From positions 1 to 56,306 of the forward strand of contig JBFMGU010000032.1 in assembly GCA_040752415.1 (NCBI GenBank): 56,306 bases of DNA, read 5' to 3'. Source of the stretch: Myxococcota bacterium. GTDB taxonomy: Bacteria; Myxococcota; JACRCW01. This document shows, piece after piece, positions 18,628-25,845 of the stretch; position 1 is the stretch's first letter, and every line of letters starts with the position of its first letter. The position numbers were made by a program, and so were the translations under genes. A model generated the notes under the pieces. That model was not told the origin of the DNA. It saw only the letters and a list, made by a program, of their open reading frames with translations, and searched no databases.

Positions 18628-20046
18628 TCAAGCGCGAGAGAGGGCACCCCCACCAGCATTCGTCGCGCGCAACGCCACCAGCTGCTGCTCCCGGTCATCC
18701 CGGTAGAACATGTTGTACGTGTCAAACGGGATGATCCGCCCGTCAGGATGCACGATGTGCACGCAGGTCTTCTTTACCGAGCGCACGTCGAAGTTGTGGG
18801 GATCCAGGAACTGCATGATGAGCACGCGGAACACGTTCTCGTACGTGATGCCTTCGGGCACCTGCACGGGCGGGAGGCAGCACAGCAGGTTCGTCAGCGC
18901 CGCGGTGGAGCTCTCCGGCGAGTGTGACGTCGAGAACAGCCGGAACACGTGGTCACGCAGCGAAGGGCTGCGCTCGTAGATGATCGTGTTGCGCTCGCCA
19001 CGGAGAAGCACCTCGGGGTCCACCATGCGCGTGAGCGGCAACACCTGCCCTTCCACCTTCAACGCGTAGCCCATCGCCAGACAGTCGGGATGGCAGGGCA
19101 CGGGAATGACGTCGGCGGGCTGGAACACGTCCCATTGCTCCAGGATGTTCCGTCGCACCTCCGAGAGGGTGAGCCGATCGGTGGCGGGGTTGAAATGCTC
19201 CAGGCGCCCCGCGGACTGGATGGGCTGGAACGTCACGCCGCGCACACACCGCTGCTGCACCGCGTAGCGCAGGAGGTCACCCACCTCGTCGTCATTGAGG
19301 CCCTTCTGGAGCGTGACCACCAGCGTGGTGGAGATGCCCAGCTCATTGAGCCGCTCCACCGCCTTCCGACGCACCTCCCGCAGGTCCGCGCCCCGCAACG
19401 TGCGCAGCGGTCCCTCGCGCAGCGAATCAAACTGCAGGTACACCTCGAAGCCCTTGCGGTACGTCGAGAGCCGCTCGGCGAACGCAGCGTCATTGGCAAT
19501 GCGGATGCCGTTGGTGTTGAGCATCAGGTGCTTGATGGGCCGCGCCTTGGCCGCGTCCATGATGCGGAAGAACTCCGGGTGCAGCGTGGGCTCTCCGCCG
19601 CTGAGCTGCACCACGTCGGGCTCGCCCTCGTTGCGCACCACGCAGTCCAGCATGTGCTCCACCTGCTCCAGCGTGCGGTGGGTCTGCCGCGACGGCGAGG
19701 AATCCGCGTAGCAGACCGGACACGTGAGGTTGCAGTGGTCGGTCACCTCCACCAGCGTCAGGCAACTGTGCTGTTCGTGGTCGGGACACAGGCCGCAGTC
19801 ATAGGGACAGCCGTGCTGGATGGTGGTGTTGAAGCGCAGCGGCACCTGCGCCGGCTTCAGGAAGCTGCGACACAGTTTGTAGTAGTCGACGTCGGTGGAG
19901 ATGAGCACGCGCTCGCTGCGATGCGTGGGACACCACTTGTGCAGGTAGACGTTGCCGTCCTGGAAGATGACCTTGGCTTCCACCTTGGTCAGGCACGTCG
20001 AGCAGACGCTGTTGGTCAGTTCGTAGAACAGGTACGGCCGGTCCAT
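18628..20046 (-). CDS. Radical SAM protein, tetraether synthase (Tes/MJ0619)-like family
   Basis: N-terminal CSTC...CPTH, GCPYDCGLCPDH, rSAM motif CNLTCPVC, SGGEPT, NTNG, YLQFD, CHPDC, C-terminal DPHNFD...CVHIVHPDGRIIPF. Confidence 0.85.
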   Translation of the reverse strand: MDRPYLFYELTNSVCSTCLTKVEAKVIFQDGNVYLHKWCPTHRSERVLISTDVDYYKLCRSFLKPAQVPLRFNTTIQHGCPYDCGLCPDHEQHSCLTLVEVTDHCNLTCPVCYADSSPSRQTHRTLEQVEHMLDCVVRNEGEPDVVQLSGGEPTLHPEFFRIMDAAKARPIKHLMLNTNGIRIANDAAFAERLSTYRKGFEVYLQFDSLREGPLRTLRGADLREVRRKAVERLNELGISTTLVVTLQKGLNDDEVGDLLRYAVQQRCVRGVTFQPIQSAGRLEHFNPATDRLTLSEVRRNILEQWDVFQPADVIPVPCHPDCLAMGYALKVEGQVLPLTRMVDPEVLLRGERNTIIYERSPSLRDHVFRLFSTSHSPESSTAALTNLLCCLPPVQVPEGITYENVFRVLIMQFLDPHNFDVRSVKKTCVHIVHPDGRIIPFDTYNMFYRDDREQQLVALRATNAGGGALSRA

Positions 20047-20087
20047 GGTCCTTCCCGCTCCGACGGTGGTATCCGTCTCCCCATAGC

Positions 20088-20822
20088 ATGCACCCGGTCC
20101 TCTTCCACGTCGGAGCAACGCCGGTTCCGTCGTACGCGGTGATGGTGGGGCTGGGATTCCTGGCCGCGTGGCTCATCCGTCGTGCGGAGGTGCGTCGGCT
20201 GGGGCACGCGCGACAACCGGGCTACCTCTGGGTGGGCGTGGGCTGTCTGCTGGGTGCCATGCTGGGGTCCAAGCTGGGCATGCTGCTGTTTGAGCCGCCC
20301 GAGGACTTCGCGCGCCTGCTGGCGCAGATGACGTCGTGGGATTTCTCCGGGAAGACGGTGGTGGGCGGGCTGGCCGGCGGCTACGTGGGTGTGGAGGTGG
20401 CCAAGAAGCTGGTGGGCATCACCACGTCGACGGGTGACGCGTTCGCGGTCGCGGTGCCCGCGGGTCAGGCACTGGGGCGCGTGGGGTGTCTCCTCGAGGG
20501 ATGCTGCTACGGCACGACCTGGAACGGGCCGTGGGCCATCCACCTGCACGGCGCGCTGCGACATCCCGTGCAAGCCTACGAAGCGGTGATGGACCTGGCT
20601 CTCGCCGCGATGCTCTTCACCATCCGTCGACAAACCCGGCCCGCGGGGCACCTCTTCAAGGTGTATCTCGTCGGATACGGGATGACGCGGTTTCTCCTGG
20701 AGTGGCTGCGTGGTGATCCGGCACTCACGTGGGCAGGTCTCACCTTGGTGCAGTGGGTCTGCCTGGCCGCGGTGATCGGCTTTGGCCGTCGGGTGTGGGG
20801 ACGGAAGCTCGTCGGAGCTTGA
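20088..20822 (+). CDS. Lgt-family (prolipoprotein diacylglyceryl transferase-like) membrane protein
   Basis: MHPVLF..G...SYAVM, GKTVVGGLAGG, GRVGCLLEGCCYG, HPVQAYE, RFLLEWLR. Confidence 0.85.
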   Translation: MHPVLFHVGATPVPSYAVMVGLGFLAAWLIRRAEVRRLGHARQPGYLWVGVGCLLGAMLGSKLGMLLFEPPEDFARLLAQMTSWDFSGKTVVGGLAGGYVGVEVAKKLVGITTSTGDAFAVAVPAGQALGRVGCLLEGCCYGTTWNGPWAIHLHGALRHPVQAYEAVMDLALAAMLFTIRRQTRPAGHLFKVYLVGYGMTRFLLEWLRGDPALTWAGLTLVQWVCLAAVIGFGRRVWGRKLVGA

Positions 20823-20896
20823 CCCTCCGCCGCACGCCACCTATCGACGTCACGCGGCGCCCGACGACACGCCGCCCAGCTGTGGAGGACGACGGG

Positions 20897-21832
20897 ATGA
20901 CTCGCCGACGAAGCAGCGAACGTGAACCCTTCGCCAGTGGCCGCACCCGTTCCTGGCTGGGCTGGGTCGTCGTGATGAGCGTGCTTGCGGGTCACGCGTC
21001 GCATGCCCATGCGCAGGCAGCGGCCCCTCCTCCGGAGCAACCCGCGCCGACACCGGAGCCTCCGGTCGTCGAGACACCTCCGGAGCAACCTGCGACGCCG
21101 GAACAACCCGCCTCTCCGCCCGCCGACGACACCGAGGAGCTCCCCTCCCTGGGCGTCCCCGAAGAGCCCGCGCCGCCACGTCGTGAGGAACCTCCCGTCA
21201 GCGTCCCGCCGCCGCCGTCGTTGTGGGACACCGAGCTGAAACCCGTGGCGACCTTCACACTGGTTCCCGTTGTGGCCGGGATGCTGGGCATGCTCTCCGG
21301 CGCATTGGCGGGAGCAGTGCTGTCCGCGGCGCTGGTGATTCCCTCCGCGTTGATGGTCCGCTTCGCCACGCCGTCACGGGAGATCTCCACGACGGGGATC
21401 TTCACCTTCTTCGCCGCGCCCCCCGTGTGCGCGTGGGCCGGCGCCATGGCGGGTTACCTCGTGGCTCGCGCGGTGGGAGCGGCAATGACGCCGGTGCAGC
21501 TACCTGATCGTGCGTCGCGCGGCGCCCGGGTTGCCACCTTTGCCGCCACCGACCTCCTCGCCCATCTCGTCGTGTTCATCCCCTTGGTGGCGCTGACGGT
21601 GGCCTTTGGCGCCGCCATGGGATGGACCTCAGGCGCGTTGTCGAGCGCGTCGCAGCCGTTCTTCGTCGTGGGACAACCCACCCCGCGACAAATCATGTTC
21701 GTCACCGGCGCGTTCTACACATTGCTCGCGGCCATGGTCGTGTGGCCCGCCGCGGCCGCCGTGGTGCAGCTCATCACGCCTGTCGCCTCCCTCGTGCTCT
21801 CCGGCGTCGTTGCGGAAGGTGGTGCCCCGTGA
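20897..21832 (+). CDS. Membrane protein: signal peptide, Pro/Glu-rich linker, several TM helices
   Basis: GGAGG before ATG 20897; signal ending AHA; PPEQPA repeats; about four long hydrophobic segments. Confidence 0.65.
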   Translation: MTRRRSSEREPFASGRTRSWLGWVVVMSVLAGHASHAHAQAAAPPPEQPAPTPEPPVVETPPEQPATPEQPASPPADDTEELPSLGVPEEPAPPRREEPPVSVPPPPSLWDTELKPVATFTLVPVVAGMLGMLSGALAGAVLSAALVIPSALMVRFATPSREISTTGIFTFFAAPPVCAWAGAMAGYLVARAVGAAMTPVQLPDRASRGARVATFAATDLLAHLVVFIPLVALTVAFGAAMGWTSGALSSASQPFFVVGQPTPRQIMFVTGAFYTLLAAMVVWPAAAAVVQLITPVASLVLSGVVAEGGAP

Positions 21833-22797
21833 GCGTGCGTGCAGCGGTGTTGACCATCTGCCTGTTGACGCCGCCCTCGGCGTGGGCCACCGCCGACGTG
21901 ACCGATGCACCGCCCCCGTCGGAGACCGCTCCCACCATGCCGGAGCTGCAGCCTGCTCCCGCGCCCACGCCGGAAAAGCCTGACGACGCCACGCCCACCA
22001 ACGAGGCAGCACCTGCGCGTCCTTCCCCTCCCTCCCCGACGACACCACCCGACCCACGTTGGTGGCGTGCTCCGCGTTGGCTGCGGCTGTGGGCATCTTT
22101 GGCTTCGGTGGCGGCGCCCACGGCGGTGGTGGTTGGTGTTGCGGGCGCCGCGGTGCTGGGCACCTGGGGCTTGGTGGCTGCGCTCCTGGGGCCGGGTCTG
22201 GTGGATGCGGGAAGTCGTGGGGACTCGCAGGCCGCGTGGCAGGGGCTCTACCCGGTCCTTCCCTTCGTGACGCTCGCGGCGTTCGTGACGGCAGTCATTG
22301 GCGCCATGGCCGTGATCGGTTACCTCGGCGTGCACCTGGTGGGGCCCATGCTCGCGCCGTTTCCCGACGAGGACGGGCTCGCGGTGCCGCGCTTGCGACG
22401 CGGCGTGGTCTTCCTGCTGCTCGACGCCATCATCCACGTGGCCGCGTTTGCGGTGAGCGCGGTTGGCGGCGTGGTGGGCGGTGGAGCGCTGGGCGGACTG
22501 CTGGCGTTCCTCATCACGCTCACGCCCTACACGGTGTGCCTGCCCTTCCTGCTTCCCGTCGGAATCCTGTTCTCGGTGCCGCCGGAATACGGGTGGCCCA
22601 ATCCCGCCGCGATCTACGCGCTGACCGCCATCCCGGCGTACATGGTGCTGTGTGGCGGCGGCGTGTTGGGTGGCGCGCTGGTGGCCGCGCAGTTTGGTAC
22701 TCCCGTCGTCACGCTGCTGCTCCTGGAACGCACGTGGAGTCTACCGCCCACGTTCCCACCGCCCTCCGAGGAGACAACGGATGACCTCGAGCCCTGA
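21829..22797 (+). CDS. Membrane protein with the same architecture as the upstream gene
   Basis: GTGA overlap with the previous stop; signal ending AWA; Pro-rich linker; multiple hydrophobic segments. Confidence 0.65.
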   Translation: MSVRAAVLTICLLTPPSAWATADVTDAPPPSETAPTMPELQPAPAPTPEKPDDATPTNEAAPARPSPPSPTTPPDPRWWRAPRWLRLWASLASVAAPTAVVVGVAGAAVLGTWGLVAALLGPGLVDAGSRGDSQAAWQGLYPVLPFVTLAAFVTAVIGAMAVIGYLGVHLVGPMLAPFPDEDGLAVPRLRRGVVFLLLDAIIHVAAFAVSAVGGVVGGGALGGLLAFLITLTPYTVCLPFLLPVGILFSVPPEYGWPNPAAIYALTAIPAYMVLCGGGVLGGALVAAQFGTPVVTLLLLERTWSLPPTFPPPSEETTDDLEP

Positions 22798-23227
22798 TCC
22801 CTTCCGCGTCGGCGTGGGTCCCCGCGCCGTGGCCTCCATCCTCGGCGTGGTGGCGGTGGCGTATTTCGTGTGGTGGGGCTGCTTCGCGGGAGTGCTGCCA
22901 CTCGCGGATTCCTGCGGTGGGCTGTGTTGCCCGGAGTGTCAGTGCTGCACGTCGCCCACGTCGGATTCCATGGCCTACTGCAGTCAGCCGGGCGAGAAGT
23001 GCAAGATCGAGTGCGAGAACCCCGGCACGTTCTTCTTCTGCACCTGTCCCGAGACCGGACTCGCCGACACCTGCTTCTGCCAGCAGGACGGCACGTATGA
23101 GCCGTGTGTCCACACGTGCGACTCGCCCGGAGTCACCGGTGAGTGCGTGTGTGTCACCGGCGTGGGACCCGGAACGTGCACCTGTGGTGACGACGGAACG
23201 TATGACCCGTGCCTGCTCCGCGGCTGA
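22781..23227 (+). CDS. Membrane-anchored Cys-rich protein (148 aa, 21 Cys) with an internal duplication
   Basis: GAGGAG before ATG 22781; one TM ending WWGC; two copies of C-x2-PG-x4-CxC-x7-TCxC-x2-DGTY-x-PC. Confidence 0.7.
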   Translation: MTSSPDPFRVGVGPRAVASILGVVAVAYFVWWGCFAGVLPLADSCGGLCCPECQCCTSPTSDSMAYCSQPGEKCKIECENPGTFFFCTCPETGLADTCFCQQDGTYEPCVHTCDSPGVTGECVCVTGVGPGTCTCGDDGTYDPCLLRG

Positions 23228-23270
23228 GTGAAGGGGACATGGGCTCAGCCCGTCAAATGACGACGGCGCA

Positions 23271-24575
23271 TCACGCCGCAAGTACACGCATCCGGTAGGG
23301 CAATACCTGGGCAATGCGCGGGATGGCGTAGGGCGTGCGGAGCAGCGGCGCGTCCACCGTGAGCTCAACGTGGCGCACCACCGCACAGATGACGACGAGG
23401 AAGTGGAGCTCGGCGAGCTGCTGGCCGGTGCACTTGCGCGGTCCGTGCAGGAACGGGACGAACGAGAACGGCTCGCGCGGCTGCGGCGTGGCCCAGCGGT
23501 CCGGGTCGAACTCGTCGGGGCGGTCCCAGAAGTCGGGATGATGGTGCAGCGCGTAGAGCATGAGCGCCACCTCCTGCGCCGCGGGGAAGGTCTGCCCGTC
23601 GTGCTCGAACGCGGCTCCCGCCCGGCGCAGCACCGCCATGGCCACGGGATAGCGACGGAGGACCTCGAGGAAGAAGCGCTGCACGTCGGGAAGGCGTCCG
23701 AGGTCGTCGTGCACAGGGCCCGCTTCCCCGAGGACGCGCGTCACCTCGTCACGCAGACGCTGCTGCCACGCGGGGCGCCGCGCAAGCTCGTGCAGCGCGC
23801 ACGTCACGACGTAGTCGATGGCATTGAACGCGCCGTAGATGTGGTTGAGCGCATCGGTGGCCTCGGGAAGGCCGAAGTCCGCGCCGGCGATGTCACGCAT
23901 CCAGCCGGGACGGTCAGGGGCGCCAGCGTCGCGCAGCGTGGCCACGGTGTCCCGCATCCGGCGGACCATGCGCGACTCCTCCCAATAGTTGTGCAGGAGC
24001 ATCGGCAGGTGGAGCAGCTTCTCCAGGCCCATGCCCAGGAGGTCCAGTCGACGTCGCGGATCCTGGTTCATGGTGTGTGACTTGTAGTCCAGCAGCTGGC
24101 GGGCGTAGCGGCACACCGCGGGCTCGTCGACGCGCAGGCCGTAGCCCACGTGCAGCACGGTGTTCACGCCCAGCTCCACCATGTCACGGTAGAGGTCTGC
24201 GCGTGGCGTGCCATCGGAAAGCGCGCGCAGGTGCTGGACGGTGTGTGCGTGCATCCACGCCGCGTGCGACGAGAGCTGGCTCGCCTTGAACGCCGGCTGC
24301 ACGGCGCGGGTCTGCCGCAGCCAGCTCTCGCCGTCGCGGAAGAGGACGCCGTCGGCGCCGGGCAGGTTGCGGAGGAACTGGTAGACGCGCGACCGCTTCT
24401 CGGTGTGGACGCGCTCCAGGAGAACGGTGCGCACCAGCGCCGGGTCGCAGGTGTACAGCGTCCCGCCGCTGAGGAACGACTTGCCATGCTCCACGCAGGC
24501 CTGACCCCAGCCGGCGTGGCCGTGCTGACGCATCAACGCGGACAGCTGTGACGACGAGACGCTGGGGATCGTCAT
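23271..24575 (-). CDS. Cytochrome P450 (atypical I-helix)
   Basis: Heme motif FLHGPRKCTG, ExxR EVLRRYP, PDEFDPDRW; I-helix HIYGAFNA; ATGA coupling to the upstream P450. Confidence 0.92.
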   Translation of the reverse strand: MTIPSVSSSQLSALMRQHGHAGWGQACVEHGKSFLSGGTLYTCDPALVRTVLLERVHTEKRSRVYQFLRNLPGADGVLFRDGESWLRQTRAVQPAFKASQLSSHAAWMHAHTVQHLRALSDGTPRADLYRDMVELGVNTVLHVGYGLRVDEPAVCRYARQLLDYKSHTMNQDPRRRLDLLGMGLEKLLHLPMLLHNYWEESRMVRRMRDTVATLRDAGAPDRPGWMRDIAGADFGLPEATDALNHIYGAFNAIDYVVTCALHELARRPAWQQRLRDEVTRVLGEAGPVHDDLGRLPDVQRFFLEVLRRYPVAMAVLRRAGAAFEHDGQTFPAAQEVALMLYALHHHPDFWDRPDEFDPDRWATPQPREPFSFVPFLHGPRKCTGQQLAELHFLVVICAVVRHVELTVDAPLLRTPYAIPRIAQVLPYRMRVLAA

Positions 24576-25837
24576 GGGACAGCCTCGAAGGTGAGCGGCA
24601 GTGCGTTGCGAAAGCGCGGCGCCAGGAAGATGTGCAGCGGGGGATCCTCGTCGCGCGCGTGGACGCGGGCGCGCCGGACCACGCTGGCCACCACCTCGGA
24701 CAGCACCAGCTCGGCAAGCGTCTGTCCCACGCACTTGCGAGGTCCAACGAGAAACGGGATGAACGCGCCCTCCACCACGACGTCACCGCGCAGCCAGCGC
24801 TCGGGCTGGAATTCGTCCGGGTGCCTCCACGACGCGGGATCGTGGTGCAGCGCGTGCACGAGGAGGAGCAGCTCCGTGCCCGCGGGCAGCCTCTCCCCCT
24901 CGACGTCGACCGGCGCGCCGGTGCGGCGTGCCACCGCCATGGTGACCGGGTGACACCGCAGCACCTCCCGGACAAACGCGCGCACCCGGGGGATGTCCCA
25001 CGCACGCTCCGGGCCGCGCGTGACGTCGCCATGAAGCACCGGGAGCAGCTCGGGGTGTCGTCCGAGCCGGAGCAGCGCGCAGCTCACCACGAAGGGCAGC
25101 GCGTCATAGGCCCAGAACAGATGCGAAATGGCGCTATCCGCGTCCGGCGATGCCAGGGCGCCGCCCAACCGCCCCAACCAACTGTCATCCGGCGGGGTCC
25201 CGTCGGGAACCAGGGCGCGTCGCTGAGCCTGGTAGTCCCGGAACGTCCGAAGCGACCGGAGGACCAGGCCAGGGAGCTGCGTGAGGGCCTGGCCGGCGCG
25301 GATGTGCGGGTCGTCAAAGCGGAAGCGCGGGTCGTGCTGCGTGTCCAGCCAGCGACGGAGCGCGCCGATGAGCTCCGCGCCCCCCGAGCCCCCAGGCACG
25401 AGGCCGAATGCCAGCGAGACGAAGAGATCCGCGCCGAGCTGGATGCATGACTCGCGCGCGTCAGTCAGGGTGCCCTGCTGGCACCAGCGTCCCACGTGGT
25501 CGTCCACGACGCGGGCCACGCGCGACGAGATGGCGTGCACGTGCGGGCGCGAGAAAACCGGGAGCAGCGCACGCGCCTGCTTCTTCCAAGCCTCGCCGTC
25601 GACAAACACCATGCCCCTCTGGCCCGGCATCCACCGCGACAGCAGCTTGTAGACGACGGGGCGTTCGCGGATGTGCTCGCGGCCCATGAGCACCTCATGG
25701 ACCACCCGCGGGTCCGCCGTTGCCACGAAGGGCCCGAGCCGGAAGGTGCGCCCGTTGGCGTCGACGATGTCACGCCAGGCCGCCGGACCGCGTGCGTGCA
25801 GCGCGGACTTGAGGTCGGCGTTGGCAACGGACTTCAT
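24572..25837 (-). CDS. Cytochrome P450 (atypical I-helix)
   Basis: Heme motif FLVGPRKCVG, EVLRCHP, PDEFQPERW; I-helix HLFWAYDA; starts 8 bp after the fusion gene stop. Confidence 0.92.
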   Translation of the reverse strand: MKSVANADLKSALHARGPAAWRDIVDANGRTFRLGPFVATADPRVVHEVLMGREHIRERPVVYKLLSRWMPGQRGMVFVDGEAWKKQARALLPVFSRPHVHAISSRVARVVDDHVGRWCQQGTLTDARESCIQLGADLFVSLAFGLVPGGSGGAELIGALRRWLDTQHDPRFRFDDPHIRAGQALTQLPGLVLRSLRTFRDYQAQRRALVPDGTPPDDSWLGRLGGALASPDADSAISHLFWAYDALPFVVSCALLRLGRHPELLPVLHGDVTRGPERAWDIPRVRAFVREVLRCHPVTMAVARRTGAPVDVEGERLPAGTELLLLVHALHHDPASWRHPDEFQPERWLRGDVVVEGAFIPFLVGPRKCVGQTLAELVLSEVVASVVRRARVHARDEDPPLHIFLAPRFRNALPLTFEAVP

Positions 25838-25845
25838 GGCGAGAC

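Noticed and set aside
18628..20046. MoaA or a SPASM-type RiPP maturase
   Set aside because: The Cys motif layout matches the Tes/MJ0619-like family; there is no C-terminal SPASM/Twitch pattern, no moa genes and no clear short precursor peptide.
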